From the NCBI GenBank assembly GCA_965214705.1, contig CBDCCI010000002.1, positions 96,001 to 160,000 of the forward strand: a stretch of DNA of 64,000 nucleotides, read 5' to 3'. Each line of letters opens with the position of its first letter. The first letter of the stretch is position 1. The position numbers were made by a program, and so were the translations under genes. The notes below the pieces were generated by a model. The model did not search any database. It was not told where the DNA came from and saw nothing but the letters and a program-made list of their open reading frames with translations. This stretch comes from Alphaproteobacteria bacterium (lineage in GTDB: Bacteria; Pseudomonadota; Alphaproteobacteria; UBA828). Positions 43,497 through 55,177 of this stretch are shown here, in pieces.

Positions 43497-46226
43497 ATGC
43501 CCGATGACGCCGAGGCGCAAGCGACCGCCGCGCCGGCCGCCGCCCGTGGCGCCCGCCGGGGCCGGCCACGCGCGCGGCGCGTCGAGCCGGTGACGCCGAT
43601 GATGGCGCAGTACCTCGAAATCAAGGGCGCCCACCCGGATCACCTCCTGTTCTACCGGATGGGAGACTTCTACGAGCTCTTTTTCGACGACGCGCGCCAA
43701 GCTTCGGAGGCACTTGACATCGCGCTGACCAAGCGAGGCCTCCACCAGGGGCAGGAGATCCCGATGTGTGGTGTGCCCGTGGTGAGTGCCGAGGGCTACC
43801 TCCAGCGGCTGATCCGCAAGGGCTTCAGGGTCGCCGTCTGCGAGCAGGTCGAGGACCCGGCAGAAGCCCGCAAGCGGGGCGCGAAGGCCGTCGTGCGCCG
43901 CGAGGTCATCCGCTTGGTGACACCAGGAACGCTGAGCGAGGACGCGCTTCTGGATGCGCGCGCGGCCAACTATCTCGCGGCGCTCGCCCAGGCCGAAGGT
44001 GCCCTGGCGCTCGCGTGGGCTGAGATGTCCACCGGCGAGTTCGCGGTGATGGGGGTCTCAGAGGCCTCGCTGCCCGCGGCGCTCGCGCGCCTTGAGCCCG
44101 GCGAACTCCTGGTGCCCGAGCCGCTGCTCGAGGCGCCGGCGCTCTTCGAGCTCTTCGCCGAGTGGAGGGAGGCCCTGACGCCCCAGCCGCGCTCGCTCTT
44201 TGATAGCGTCGGCGCCGGGCGGTCGCTTGCCGCGTTCTATGGCATCGCCTCCCTCGATGGTCTTGGCTCCTTCGGACGCGCGGAGCTTGCCGCCGCCGGC
44301 GCCGTGCTCGGCTATCTGCGGCTCACCCAAAGGAGCCAGATGCCACGGCTCGCGCGGCTTCGCTCGACCGAAACCGGTGCGGCGATGGCGATCGACGCCG
44401 CGACCCGGCGCAACCTGGAGCTCACGGTGACCCTGGATGGGGGTGCCGCCGGCAGCCTGCTCTCGGTGATCGACCGCACTGTCACCGGGGCGGGCGCCCG
44501 GCTGCTCAGGGCGCGGCTTACCGCGCCGCTCACAGAGCCCGCCGCCATCGGCGAGAGGCTCGAATCTGTCGGATTCCTGGTCGAGGCGGAAGGCGCCCAG
44601 AGCGGGCTCAGGGAGCGGCTCCGTCGTTGCCCGGACGTGGAGCGCGCTCTCTCGCGCCTCAGCCTGGGGCGGGGCGGGCCCCGCGACCTCGCTGCGGTGC
44701 GCGATGCGCTCGGCCAGATACCGGCAATTCGGGATGCCCTCGGCACTGAGGCCACCGGTGCTCTGCAGGCGGCACCGCCAGGACTCGCGGCCGATCTCAA
44801 GGCGCTCGGCCATCACCAGAGCCTTGTCGACCGCCTGACCAGTGCCCTGATAGAGAACCCGCCGCCCAGCATCCGGGACGGCGGCGTCATCGCACGTGGC
44901 TACGACGCGGCGCTCGACGAGGTGGTGGAGCTGCGCGACCACAGCCGGCGCCTGATCGGCGGGTTGGAGGCCCGCTACCGCAGCGAGACCGGCGTCAACG
45001 CCCTCAAGGTGCGCCATAACAACGTGCTCGGCTATTACGTCGAGGTGCCGCAACAGCGGGCCGACGCGCTGCCCGAGGCTTTCATCCACCGCCAGACCCT
45101 TGCGAGCGCCATGCGCTATACGACCGTGGAGCTCGGCGAGCTGGAGGCAAAGATCAACGGCGCGGCCGACAAGGCGCTCGCCTTGGAGCAAGCCCACTTT
45201 GAGGATCTCCGCGCCGACGTGGTCCGCCGAGCGGAAGACATCGCAAGGGCCGCAGGTGCCTTGGCTGCGCTCGACGTGGCCCAGGGGCTGGCGCAGCTTG
45301 CCGTCGAGCGCCGCTACACCCGGCCCACTGTCGACGACACGACCGCCTTCGAGATCAAGGGCGGGCGGCACCCGGTGGTGGAAGCCATGGGCGCGGGCGG
45401 GGACACGCCCTTCGTCCCCAACGATTGCGACCTGGGCGAGGAAGCCCGGATTTGGCTGGTGACTGGTCCCAACATGGCCGGCAAGAGCACCTTCCTGCGC
45501 CAGAACGCGCTGATCGCGGTGCTGGCCCAGATGGGATCGTTTGTGCCCGCCGAGGAGGCCCGCATCGGCGTGGTGGACCGGCTCTTCTCCCGCGTGGGCG
45601 CGGCGGACGATCTCGCGCGCGGGCGCTCCACCTTCATGGTGGAGATGGTGGAGACCGCCGCCATCCTCAACCAAGCCGGCGAGCGGGCGCTGGTGATCCT
45701 CGACGAGATCGGGCGCGGCACCGCCACCTACGACGGGCTCTCCATCGCCTGGGCCGCGGTCGAACATCTGCACGACACCAACCGCTGCCGCGCGCTCTTC
45801 GCGACCCACTACCACGAACTCACCGCGCTCGCCCAGAAGCTCGACCGGCTTGCCTGCCACACCATGCGGATCAAGGAGTGGCAGGGGAGCGTCGTGTTCC
45901 TGCATGAGGTGGCACCGGGTGCCGCGGATCGCTCCTACGGCATCCATGTGGCGCGCCTGGCGGGGCTGCCCGAGGCGGTGCTGGCCCGCGCGGAGGCGGT
46001 GCTGGCAGTGCTGGAGCAGGGCGAGAAGGCCACCGCTGCAGCCAGGCTCGCGAACGACCTGCCGCTCTTCCAGGCGCGGCTGGCGCCGGCACCGGCCGAA
46101 CCCGCGCCCGATCCGCTGCGCACGCGCCTCGCCGCCATCAACCCCGACGACCTCACGCCGCGGGATGCGCTGGAGCTCATCTACGCGCTCCATGTCGAGC
46201 TCGACGGCGATGAGAGCCCGGACTGA
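43497..46226 (+). CDS. mutS: DNA mismatch repair protein MutS
   Basis: [48 protein letters not shown]. Confidence 0.98.
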   Translation: MPDDAEAQATAAPAAARGARRGRPRARRVEPVTPMMAQYLEIKGAHPDHLLFYRMGDFYELFFDDARQASEALDIALTKRGLHQGQEIPMCGVPVVSAEGYLQRLIRKGFRVAVCEQVEDPAEARKRGAKAVVRREVIRLVTPGTLSEDALLDARAANYLAALAQAEGALALAWAEMSTGEFAVMGVSEASLPAALARLEPGELLVPEPLLEAPALFELFAEWREALTPQPRSLFDSVGAGRSLAAFYGIASLDGLGSFGRAELAAAGAVLGYLRLTQRSQMPRLARLRSTETGAAMAIDAATRRNLELTVTLDGGAAGSLLSVIDRTVTGAGARLLRARLTAPLTEPAAIGERLESVGFLVEAEGAQSGLRERLRRCPDVERALSRLSLGRGGPRDLAAVRDALGQIPAIRDALGTEATGALQAAPPGLAADLKALGHHQSLVDRLTSALIENPPPSIRDGGVIARGYDAALDEVVELRDHSRRLIGGLEARYRSETGVNALKVRHNNVLGYYVEVPQQRADALPEAFIHRQTLASAMRYTTVELGELEAKINGAADKALALEQAHFEDLRADVVRRAEDIARAAGALAALDVAQGLAQLAVERRYTRPTVDDTTAFEIKGGRHPVVEAMGAGGDTPFVPNDCDLGEEARIWLVTGPNMAGKSTFLRQNALIAVLAQMGSFVPAEEARIGVVDRLFSRVGAADDLARGRSTFMVEMVETAAILNQAGERALVILDEIGRGTATYDGLSIAWAAVEHLHDTNRCRALFATHYHELTALAQKLDRLACHTMRIKEWQGSVVFLHEVAPGAADRSYGIHVARLAGLPEAVLARAEAVLAVLEQGEKATAAARLANDLPLFQARLAPAPAEPAPDPLRTRLAAINPDDLTPRDALELIYALHVELDGDESPD

Positions 46227-46287
46227 CCTGCGGACGCACGCCGGTATAGGATTGGGCTGGATGCTTGGCTATCAGGTTTAGGGAGCG

Positions 46288-47157
46288 ATGAAGCCGCCGC
46301 CGTTTGCCTACGAATGCCCGACCGCGGTGGCAGACGCCGTCGCCCTGCTGGCCCAGCACGGGGCGGACGCGCGGCCGCTCGCCGGCGGGCAAAGCCTGGT
46401 GCCGCTGCTCAACTTCCGCTTAGCGCGGCCCGCCGTTCTGGTCGACCTCAACCGCATCGCGGCGCTCGGCGGTATCGCGGTCGAGGATGGAACGCTCCGC
46501 ATCGGGGCTATGGCGCGGCAGGCGGCGGTCGAGGCCGATGACCGCGTGGCGCGCGGCTGGCCGCTGCTGACCGAGGCCATCGGCCACATCGCCCATCCTC
46601 AGATCCGCAACCGCGGCACCATCGGCGGCAGCCTCGCCCACAACGATCCAGCGGCGGAGCTGCCGGCGGTGACGCTTGCGCTCGACGCCGAAATGAGTGC
46701 TGAGGGCCCGAAGGGGAAACGCACCTTGCAGGCCGCAGATTTCTTCGCGGGTACGATGGAGACGGCGCTCGCGCCGGACGAGCTGCTGACCGAGATCAGG
46801 GTTCCGGCGCTCCCCGAGGGCACCGGCTGGAGCTTCCAGGAAGTCGCGCGCCGCCAGGGCGACTTCGCGCTCGTGGCGGTCGCGGTGCTGCTGCGGCCCT
46901 CCGGCAGCGCCGGCGGCATCGATGCCCGCGTCGTGGTCACAGGGACCGGCGAGGGGCCGATGCGTATGCGCGAAGCGGAGGCGATCCTGGCCGAGCGGGG
47001 CTCGGACTGCGATGCCTGCGAGGCGGCGGGCAACGCGGTGGCCCAAGCCTCCGAACCGGCGGACGACCCCCATGCGCCAGCCTGGTATCGCCAGAAGCTC
47101 GTCGCGGCGCTCACCCGCCGCTCCTGCCGCGAGGCGGCCACGAGGATGGGGCGCTGA
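46288..47157 (+). CDS. Molybdenum hydroxylase FAD subunit (CoxM-like)
   Basis: AGGQSLVP, QIRNRGTIGGS, RRQGDFAL. Confidence 0.92.
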   Translation: MKPPPFAYECPTAVADAVALLAQHGADARPLAGGQSLVPLLNFRLARPAVLVDLNRIAALGGIAVEDGTLRIGAMARQAAVEADDRVARGWPLLTEAIGHIAHPQIRNRGTIGGSLAHNDPAAELPAVTLALDAEMSAEGPKGKRTLQAADFFAGTMETALAPDELLTEIRVPALPEGTGWSFQEVARRQGDFALVAVAVLLRPSGSAGGIDARVVVTGTGEGPMRMREAEAILAERGSDCDACEAAGNAVAQASEPADDPHAPAWYRQKLVAALTRRSCREAATRMGR

Positions 47158-47646
47158 ATGGCGGACCACGGCCACACAGTACGCGTCACCATCAACGGCG
47201 AGGCCCACGAGGGCCACGTCGAGCCGAGACTCCTGCTCTCGGACTTCATCCGGCACGAGGCGGGGCTTACCGGCACCCACGTGGGCTGCGAGCACGGCGT
47301 CTGCGGCGCCTGCACCGTACTGTTCGACGGCGCGCCGGTGCGTTCCTGCCTGATGTTTGCGGTGCAGGCGGACGGCGCCTCGGTCGAGACGGTCGAATCG
47401 CTCGCGGACGGCGAGACACTGCATCCTCTGCAGGAGGCCTTCCGCCGCGAGCACGGATTGCAATGCGGCTATTGCACCCCCGGCATCCTGATGACCCTGA
47501 AGCCCTTCCTCGCGGTCAATCCTGTGCCGAGCGATACCGAGATCAGGCGAGCGCTCTCGGGCAACCTCTGCCGCTGCACCGGCTACCAGCAGATCGTGGC
47601 GGCGGTGCGCCGGGCCGCAGCGACGCTGCGGGGCGAGGAGCCATGA
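47158..47646 (+). CDS. Molybdenum hydroxylase 2Fe-2S subunit (CoxS-like)
   Basis: GCEHGVCGACTV, QCGYCTPG, NLCRCTGY. Confidence 0.95.
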   Translation: MADHGHTVRVTINGEAHEGHVEPRLLLSDFIRHEAGLTGTHVGCEHGVCGACTVLFDGAPVRSCLMFAVQADGASVETVESLADGETLHPLQEAFRREHGLQCGYCTPGILMTLKPFLAVNPVPSDTEIRRALSGNLCRCTGYQQIVAAVRRAAATLRGEEP

Positions 47647-49967
47647 CCACGCGATTGATCGGCGAGCGGGTCGAGCGGCGCGAGGATGCGCGGCTCCTTA
47701 CCGGGCGCGCGCGCTTCATCGACGACATTCACCTGCCGGAGATGCTGCACGCCGCGGTGCTGCGCAGCCCCCACGCCAAGGCGCGGTTCACGCGCATCGA
47801 TGCCAGCGCGGCGCTCGCGCTCCCCGGCGTCCACGCGGTCATCACCCATGAGGACCTGGGCGCCGCCAACACGCCGATGCCGCTGCTCAACGAGGACCCC
47901 GGCTTCATCTATCCGCGCACCCATCGAGCGCTCGCGCCGGGCCAGGTCCGCTTCGTCGGCGAGGCGGTGGCGCTTGTGGTGGCGGACAGCCGCTACCTCG
48001 CTGAAGACGCGCTCGACCTGATCGAGGTCGACTATGTGCCCGAGCAAGCAGCGGTGGACCTCGTGGCGGCGGCGGAGCCGGGTGCGCCGCTGGTCCACGA
48101 TGACACCGATTCCAACGTCGCCTGCCGCACCGCCGACAACACCGGTGATATCGAGAGCGCCTTCGCCGCCGCCGACTTCGTGCTGCGGGAGGAGCTGCGA
48201 CCCGAGCGGGGCGCCGCCCAGCCGATGGAGACCCGGGGCGTCGTCGCCCGCTACGACGCGAGCCTCGAGCAGATCACGATCTGGGACACGACCCAGGCGC
48301 CGGTCAGCGCGCGCGGCATCATTGCCGACAAGCTCGGCATGGCGGAAGCCGCGATCACCGTGATCGCGCCCGACGTGGGCGGCGGCTTCGGCGTCAAAAT
48401 TTATCTGGTTTACCCGGAAGAGGTGCTGGTCCCCTTCGCCGCGCGCCTGCTCGGCCGGCCGGTCAAGTGGATCGAGGACCGCCGCGAGCACTTCATCGGC
48501 TCCAACCACGAGCGGCTGATGGTGCACCGGATCGAGGTGGCGGCGACCAAGGACGGGCGCATCCTCGGAATCAAGGACCGCTTCCTCTACGACAGTGGTG
48601 CCTACTGCCCCTACGGCCCCATCAACGCTCAGTGCGCCCAGGCCATCCTGCCGGGGCCTTACAAAGTCCCGGCGGTGCACTCGACCTACGAGGCCGTCTA
48701 CACCAACACGCCGACCGTGAGCCCCTATCGCGGCGCCGGCCAGCCCCACGGCAACTTCGTCACGGAAGCGGCCATGAACCACGTGGCCCGTGCGCTGGGG
48801 CTCGATGCGGCCGAGATCAGGCGGCGCAATCTGGTGCGGCCCGAGGACTGTCCCTGGGATTCAGGCCGCATCTTCCAGGGCAACACCCCGTTCATCCACC
48901 GGGACAGCGACTATCCCGCACAACTCACGAAGGCGCTCGACGCGCTCGACTACGCGGGCATCAAGCGCACTCAGCCGGCGGAGCGCGAGCAAGGGATCTT
49001 CCGGGGCGCCGGCATCGCCTTCTTCGTCGAAGGCACCGGCATCTCGCCCTATGAGGGGGTCGAGGTGCGCGTGGAGCCCACCGGCCACGTGCACGTGACG
49101 ACCGGCTATCCCTCGCAAGGGCAGGGCCATCACACCACGCTTTCGCAGATCGTGGCGGAGACCCTCGCCGTCCCGCCCGAGCAAGTGGTGGTGGAGAGCG
49201 GGCGCAGCGACCGCTTCGCCTGGGGCGTTGGCACCTTTGCCAGCCGCGCGGCCGTGGTGGGCGGCAGCGCAGCGCTCGGCGCGGCAAAGACGGTGCGCGC
49301 CAAGGCGCTCGACCTTGCCTCCGACGAGCTGGAGGTGGCGCCCGAGGACCTGGTGCTGGCGGACGGCGCCGTACACGTCAAAGGCGCGCCGCAGATGGCG
49401 ATCACCCTTGGCGCTCTCGCGCACGCGGCCAATCCCATCAATACGCTCGCATCGGGCGCCGAGCCGGGCCTCCGAGCCGCCGACTACTACCGCTCCCCCG
49501 ATGGTGCGATTGCGAGCGGTGTCCACGGCGTGGTCGTGATCGTGGACATCGCCACCGGCATGGTCGAGATCGAGACATACGTCGTGGTCCACGACTGCGG
49601 CGTGATGATCAACCCCACCATCGTCGAGGGACAGATACTGGGCGGCACGGCCCAGGGGATCGGCGGCGCCTTCTACGAGAAGCTCAGGTTCGACGAGGAC
49701 GGCCAGCCGCTGGTAACGACCTTCATGGACTACCTGATCCCGACGGCCATGGAGATTCCGTCGATCGAGATCCATCACATGGAGAGCCGCTGCAGCCTCA
49801 ATCCTCTCGGCGTCAAAGGGGTGGGAGAGGGCGGCGCGATCCCTGCGGCCGCGGCCTTCGCCGGCGCTGTGGAAGATGCACTGGAGCCCTTCGGCGCCAC
49901 CGTCCGCGCCGTCCCCCTCGATCCGCCCGCCATCCTCGCCCTGATCCAGGGGCGTGCAGAGGCCTGA
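47643..49967 (+). CDS. Molybdenum hydroxylase large subunit (CoxL/XdhA-like)
   Basis: DVGGGFGVK, SPYRGAG, QGQGH, GTFASR, KGVGEGG. Confidence 0.93.
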   Translation: MTTRLIGERVERREDARLLTGRARFIDDIHLPEMLHAAVLRSPHAKARFTRIDASAALALPGVHAVITHEDLGAANTPMPLLNEDPGFIYPRTHRALAPGQVRFVGEAVALVVADSRYLAEDALDLIEVDYVPEQAAVDLVAAAEPGAPLVHDDTDSNVACRTADNTGDIESAFAAADFVLREELRPERGAAQPMETRGVVARYDASLEQITIWDTTQAPVSARGIIADKLGMAEAAITVIAPDVGGGFGVKIYLVYPEEVLVPFAARLLGRPVKWIEDRREHFIGSNHERLMVHRIEVAATKDGRILGIKDRFLYDSGAYCPYGPINAQCAQAILPGPYKVPAVHSTYEAVYTNTPTVSPYRGAGQPHGNFVTEAAMNHVARALGLDAAEIRRRNLVRPEDCPWDSGRIFQGNTPFIHRDSDYPAQLTKALDALDYAGIKRTQPAEREQGIFRGAGIAFFVEGTGISPYEGVEVRVEPTGHVHVTTGYPSQGQGHHTTLSQIVAETLAVPPEQVVVESGRSDRFAWGVGTFASRAAVVGGSAALGAAKTVRAKALDLASDELEVAPEDLVLADGAVHVKGAPQMAITLGALAHAANPINTLASGAEPGLRAADYYRSPDGAIASGVHGVVVIVDIATGMVEIETYVVVHDCGVMINPTIVEGQILGGTAQGIGGAFYEKLRFDEDGQPLVTTFMDYLIPTAMEIPSIEIHHMESRCSLNPLGVKGVGEGGAIPAAAAFAGAVEDALEPFGATVRAVPLDPPAILALIQGRAEA

Positions 49968-50162
49968 CACATCAGGCACCAGGCGGCAGACCGACTATGC
50001 AACTTGAGAGGAACCGGGCCGCGAAGCGGGCCGGAGCGAGCGCCCGGCGACTGAGGGATATGAAAGGGTCCACCCGCTTGGCGCAGGCGTGGCGGGCGAC
50101 TATCGTGCGCGGCTTGTCGCGACAGCGCGGGGCAACGCCGTGACCGAACAACATGAGGCCGC

Positions 50163-52229
50163 ATGACTAGCGCCAGCGAGAGCGCGCGCTACGTGCTCGC
50201 CGTCGATGTCGGCGGCACATTCACCGACGTGATCCGCCACGACACGGAGACAGGCGCGGTCGAGGTCGCGAAGACCGCCTCCACGCCGCCCGACTTCATC
50301 GACGGCATGCTCGCCGGCATCGACGCGGTGGACGCGAAGCCCGCCGACATCAAGCTCATCAAGATCGGCACCACCATCGCCACCAACACGGTGATCATGC
50401 GCACCGGCGCCCGTACCGCGCTGGTGACCACGGCGGGCTTCACCGACGTGCTGCACGCCGCCCGCGCGGCCCGGCCCACGCTCTACGATTCCGACTGGGA
50501 CCCGGCGCCCGCGTTGGTCGACCGCCGCGACACCATGACCGTCGCCCAGCGCACCACTTACGAGGGCGAGGTGCTGGAGCCGCTCGACGAGGCCGGCCTG
50601 CGCGAGACCGCCGCGCGCCTCCGCGAACGCGGGATCGAGGCGGTGGCGGTGAGCTTCCTGCACAGCTACATCAATGACGCGCACGAGCGCCGCGCGCAGG
50701 AGATTCTGGCCGACGAGATGCCCGGCAGCTACGTCTGCCGCTCCTCCGACATCCTGCCTGAGATCCGCGAGTTCGAGCGCACCAGTACAACCGTCGCCAA
50801 CGCCTATCTCGGCCCGGTGCTGGAGCGTTATCTCGCGTCGCTGCTCGCCCGGCTCGAAGGCATCGGCTACGCGGGGTCGGTGCTCATCACCCATTCCGGC
50901 GGCGGCGTCATGTCCATCGAGGCGGCGCGGCGTATCCCCGCACGCATCTGCCAGTCGGGGCCGGCGGCGGGTGTGATGGCGGGCGCCGCCATCGGGCGGC
51001 TCGCCGAGAGGCCCGACGTGGTCGTCCTCGACGTGGGCGGGACCAGCGCCGACGTCTCGCTCTCGCGCCGGGGCCGCCCGCTGATCCGGCCCGAGTGGAA
51101 CATCGAGTTCAACATCGTGATCAGCTTTCCCTCGGTGGATGTCACGGCCATCGGCGCCGGCGGGGGCTCCATCGCCCGTATCGACGAGGGCGGGGTGCTG
51201 AAGGTCGGGCCTGACAGCGCCGGCGCAAGACCCGGCCCGGCCTGCTATGGCCAGGGCGGCACTCAGCCCACCGCGACCGACGCGAACCTCGTGCTCGGCC
51301 GGCTCGGCGCGGAGACCAAACTCGCAGGCCGGGTCGCGCTGCATCCGGCGCTTGCCGAGCAGGCCATCGACCGGATCGCGGAGCCCCTGGGCTATTCGCG
51401 CGCGGAAGCGGCCGCCGGCATTCTCCGTGTCATGCGCGCCAACATGGCGGGGGCGATCCGCCTCATCTCGGTGAAGCGCGGCCACGACCCGCGCGATTTC
51501 GCGCTCGTCGCCTTCGGCGGCGCCGGGCCGCTCTATGCCGTGGAGCTCGCACGCGATCTCGGCATCCCCGAAGTGATCGTGCCGTTCCGCCCCGGTCTCG
51601 GCTCGGCCATGGGCGTGCTCCACGTGGAGGTCAGGCACGACTTCGTGCAGTCGATCTTCGCCACCGACGAGCGCTTCGACACGGGCGAGATCAACGACGC
51701 CTTCGCCGGGCTGGAAGAGCGCGCAATGGCGCGGCTCACGCGGGACGGGGTGGCGGCCGGGGACGTGGTGCTCCGCCGCGAGATCGATGTGCGCTATTAT
51801 GGCCAGGTCTCGGGCGGCCTCACGCTCGCGGTCAAGGCGGGTGCGCTCGACGACGACGACATCCGCGGGCTCTTCCGCGCGTTTCACGAGCGCCACACCG
51901 AGGACTATGGCTACACCTTGCCGGAAGACCTTGCCGAGCTCGAAATCGTCAACGCCCGGGTCGCGGCCGAGGCCCGCGCCACGACCGGCGCGGAGCCGAC
52001 GTTCGGCGCGAACAGCGCCGGCACCCCCGCCCCACGCGGGCGACGGCAACTGTTCGACGAGGCAGAGGGCTGGGTGGAGGCGCCGGTCTACGAGCGTACC
52101 GAGCTCCCGGCCGGGTTCGAGATTCCGGGCCCCGCCATCGTCGAGCAACTGGACAGCACTACGGTGCTCATCCCCGGCTCGCAGGCGCGGGTGGACGAGC
52201 GCTTCAACCTGATCTGCACGAGCGGGTAG
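50163..52229 (+). CDS. Hydantoinase/oxoprolinase subunit A
   Basis: DVGGTFTD, SGPAAG, DVGGTSAD, GAGGGS, PGPACYG. Confidence 0.93.
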   Translation: MTSASESARYVLAVDVGGTFTDVIRHDTETGAVEVAKTASTPPDFIDGMLAGIDAVDAKPADIKLIKIGTTIATNTVIMRTGARTALVTTAGFTDVLHAARAARPTLYDSDWDPAPALVDRRDTMTVAQRTTYEGEVLEPLDEAGLRETAARLRERGIEAVAVSFLHSYINDAHERRAQEILADEMPGSYVCRSSDILPEIREFERTSTTVANAYLGPVLERYLASLLARLEGIGYAGSVLITHSGGGVMSIEAARRIPARICQSGPAAGVMAGAAIGRLAERPDVVVLDVGGTSADVSLSRRGRPLIRPEWNIEFNIVISFPSVDVTAIGAGGGSIARIDEGGVLKVGPDSAGARPGPACYGQGGTQPTATDANLVLGRLGAETKLAGRVALHPALAEQAIDRIAEPLGYSRAEAAAGILRVMRANMAGAIRLISVKRGHDPRDFALVAFGGAGPLYAVELARDLGIPEVIVPFRPGLGSAMGVLHVEVRHDFVQSIFATDERFDTGEINDAFAGLEERAMARLTRDGVAAGDVVLRREIDVRYYGQVSGGLTLAVKAGALDDDDIRGLFRAFHERHTEDYGYTLPEDLAELEIVNARVAAEARATTGAEPTFGANSAGTPAPRGRRQLFDEAEGWVEAPVYERTELPAGFEIPGPAIVEQLDSTTVLIPGSQARVDERFNLICTSG

Positions 52230-52233
52230 GACC

Positions 52234-54093
52234 ATGCAGCTAGACCCAATCACCTTCGAGGTGCTGCGCAACGCCTTGGGCAGCATGTGCGACGAGGGCA
52301 GCGAGATGATCGCCCGCCTCGCCTATGCGCCGACCATCAGCGAGGGGCACGACCACTCCTGCGCGCTGCTGACGGCGGAGGGCCGCCTCGTCGCCCACGG
52401 CAACCGCGATCAGGCGCCGCACATCGGCTCCTTCGAGCCATCCGTCAGGGTGGTGAAGGAGTGGGTGGGCGAGTTCGAGCCCGGCGACATCTACATCTTC
52501 AACGACCCCTACACCGGGGGCATCCACTGCAACGACGTGAAGCTGATCCGCCCGATCCACCACGAGGGCCGCCTTGTCGCCTTCAATTCTAGCACCGGCC
52601 ACTGGCCCGACGTGGGCGGCGCGCTGCCCGGCAGCTTCAACCCGCGCGCGGTGGACTGCTACTCCGAGGGCCTGCGGATGCCGCCAATGCGGCTCTTCCA
52701 TGACGGCGAGCTCGACCGCACGGTGATGACGCTGATCGAGTACAACATGCGTACCGGGCGCGAGCGCATCGCCGACATCCATGCCCAGCGGCAGGCCGGA
52801 TCGCTGATCGAGGACCGCCTGCTGGAGCTCTACGCCCGCCATGGAGCGGAGACCATCGAGGCGCTGTTCGAGGACATCTTCGACTACACCGAGGAGCGCT
52901 TCCGCGCCCAGGTCGCGCAGTTGCCGGACGGCGTGTACGAGTTCGAGGATTTCTCGGACAAGGACATCATGCACCCCGAGCACCCGCGCATCCGGGTACA
53001 CTGCCGGCTTACCATCGAGGGCGATCGCGCGAGCTTCGACTTTCGGGAGAGCGACGCCGCGCCGGTCGGCCCCTTCGGCTTCCCCCGCGCCTCGCTCGAG
53101 ACAGCGGTCTTCGACGGCACGCTCCACTGCTTCCCCCAGCTCGCGCCGCTCAATCATGGCCTGAGCCGGGCGGTCGAGGTGCTGTCCGTGCCGGGGAGCT
53201 GCGTCCACATCGAGGAGCCGACGCCGGCCTCGGGCTACGCCAGCGGCGCTTACGAGAAGGTCGCCGCCGTCACCATGGCGTGCTGGGCCGCGGCGTTTCA
53301 GGACACCGACCCCAAACGCATGTACGCCGCCGGCATCAACCTCGCGAACCTCTGCATCGGCGGCGTCCACCCCAAGACCGGCAAGCACTACGTCAACTAC
53401 CTGTGGAACGAAGGCGGCCAAGGCGCGCGCAGCTACAAGGACGGCAACCCCTTCCAGATGATGATCTTCATCGGGGGCGCCACCAACCAGCCGGTGGAGA
53501 TTCTGGAGCGCTGGTATCCGCTGCTCTACACCAACTGCGAGGGCGTCACCGATTCCTGCGGCGACGGCACCTATCGGGGCGGCGTGGGCATCGACCGCAG
53601 CTTCAAGACGCTGGGTGCCATGACCATGACCATGCACGGCGACCGCGCCGAGGTGACGCCCTTCGGACTCGCCGGCGGCACCAACGGCGGCCCCAACACG
53701 CTGAGGCTCCGCCGCGCGGCTTCGCCGGATAAGGAAGAAGAGCTTGGCATGCACGCCATGGGCATCCGCCTCGCCCCCGACGACCAGTTGATCTACCGCT
53801 CCAACGGCGGCGGCGGCTTCGGCGACCCCCGCACCAGGTCGCCCGAGACGGTGCTGGCCGATGTCGAGCAGGGCTGGATCACGCGCGAGCGGGCCGAGCA
53901 GGTCTATGGCGTGGTGCTCGCGGGCGGCAATGGCGCGGGCGATCCCTTGCGCATCGACGAGGCGGCGACGGCGGAGCGCCGCGCCGGCACTCAGCCTGCA
54001 GCGGAGGGCTACGGGCCGGGCGAGGTGCATCCACTGGGGCGGCTGCTGAAGGCGCCGGGCAACGGCGCCGACGCGGGCCAGAGCCCAACGTGA
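52234..54093 (+). CDS. Hydantoinase/oxoprolinase subunit B
   Basis: NDPYTGGIHCND, HWPDVGG, EGLRMPP, GGGGFGDP. Confidence 0.93.
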   Translation: MQLDPITFEVLRNALGSMCDEGSEMIARLAYAPTISEGHDHSCALLTAEGRLVAHGNRDQAPHIGSFEPSVRVVKEWVGEFEPGDIYIFNDPYTGGIHCNDVKLIRPIHHEGRLVAFNSSTGHWPDVGGALPGSFNPRAVDCYSEGLRMPPMRLFHDGELDRTVMTLIEYNMRTGRERIADIHAQRQAGSLIEDRLLELYARHGAETIEALFEDIFDYTEERFRAQVAQLPDGVYEFEDFSDKDIMHPEHPRIRVHCRLTIEGDRASFDFRESDAAPVGPFGFPRASLETAVFDGTLHCFPQLAPLNHGLSRAVEVLSVPGSCVHIEEPTPASGYASGAYEKVAAVTMACWAAAFQDTDPKRMYAAGINLANLCIGGVHPKTGKHYVNYLWNEGGQGARSYKDGNPFQMMIFIGGATNQPVEILERWYPLLYTNCEGVTDSCGDGTYRGGVGIDRSFKTLGAMTMTMHGDRAEVTPFGLAGGTNGGPNTLRLRRAASPDKEEELGMHAMGIRLAPDDQLIYRSNGGGGFGDPRTRSPETVLADVEQGWITRERAEQVYGVVLAGGNGAGDPLRIDEAATAERRAGTQPAAEGYGPGEVHPLGRLLKAPGNGADAGQSPT

Positions 54094-54114
54094 GCTGATC
54101 GGAGGAGAAGCGGC

Positions 54115-55137
54115 ATGGAGTTCGGGATTGCCTTCAAGGGCGACATAGGGGTCGAGCGCACCATCGCCATCGCGCGCCAGTGCGAGGCGGCGGGCTTCGA
54201 CTACGTCTGGTTCTTCGATTCCCACATCCTCTGGTCGGACTGCTACTCCAAGATGGCGGTCTGTATGGCGCACACCGAGCGCGTGCGCTTCGGCCCGCTG
54301 GTGACCAACCCCAAGGTGCGCGACTGGTCGGTGGCGGCGAGCCTCTTCGCCACGCTGAGCGACATCGGGCGCGGCCGCTTCGACATCGCGGTCGGGCGGG
54401 GCGACAGCTCCATGCGGGTCATGGGCAAGTCGCCGGCGACGCTGGCCTACACGGCCGAGTTCTGCGATGCGATGCGCAAGATGGTGGCGGGCGATACCGT
54501 GCAGTACGCGGATTGCCCGGAGCCGGTCTACATGGAATGGGTCGCGGGCCACGCCATGCCGGTCTGGTTCGCGGCCTACGGGCCGAAGGCGCTCAAGACC
54601 GCAGGCGAGGTCGGCGACGGGCTCATCATCCAGCTTGCCGACGTCGGGCTCTGCGAGTGGTTCGGCGGCCAGGCCAAGGCGGCGGGCGAGGCCGCGGGCC
54701 GCGACATGGGGGGCTACAGGGTGCTCTCGGCCGCCCCCGTCTGGGTCGGCGACAGGGAGACCGGCGTCGCGCAGACCAAGTGGTTCCCGGCGCTGGTCGG
54801 CAACCACGTGGCCGATATCGTGGAGAAGTACGGCGCCGGCACCGACCTCGTGCCGGACAGCCTCACCGCCTACATCGAGGCGCGGCGCGGCTCGGGCGCG
54901 GGCGGCGAGGGCTACAACTACCGCCAGCACGCCGACAAGGTCTCCGACAACACCTATTACATTACGCCGGAGATCACGGACTCCTTCTGCATCCTGGGCG
55001 AGCCCGACGAGCACGTGGCCAAGCTCAAGGCGCTGGAGGCGGCGGGCGTGACCCAGTTCACGATCTACCTCACCAACGGTTCGGAGGAGCGCATCGTCGC
55101 CGACTACGGCGACCACGTGATCCCGCACTTCCGGTAG
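54115..55137 (+). CDS. LLM-class (probably F420-dependent) oxidoreductase
   Basis: GFDYVWFFDSHILW, VTNP, GRGDS, AAYGPKAL, FPALVGNHVAD. Confidence 0.88.
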   Translation: MEFGIAFKGDIGVERTIAIARQCEAAGFDYVWFFDSHILWSDCYSKMAVCMAHTERVRFGPLVTNPKVRDWSVAASLFATLSDIGRGRFDIAVGRGDSSMRVMGKSPATLAYTAEFCDAMRKMVAGDTVQYADCPEPVYMEWVAGHAMPVWFAAYGPKALKTAGEVGDGLIIQLADVGLCEWFGGQAKAAGEAAGRDMGGYRVLSAAPVWVGDRETGVAQTKWFPALVGNHVADIVEKYGAGTDLVPDSLTAYIEARRGSGAGGEGYNYRQHADKVSDNTYYITPEITDSFCILGEPDEHVAKLKALEAAGVTQFTIYLTNGSEERIVADYGDHVIPHFR

Positions 55138-55177
55138 GAGTTCGCGCCCGACGTTGCGCGCGCTGCGGGCGGGCGCC

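Noticed and set aside
46288-49967. Aerobic CO dehydrogenase coxMSL
   Set aside because: Large subunit has PYRGAG, not the form I AYxCSFR motif, and no cox accessory genes are adjacent.
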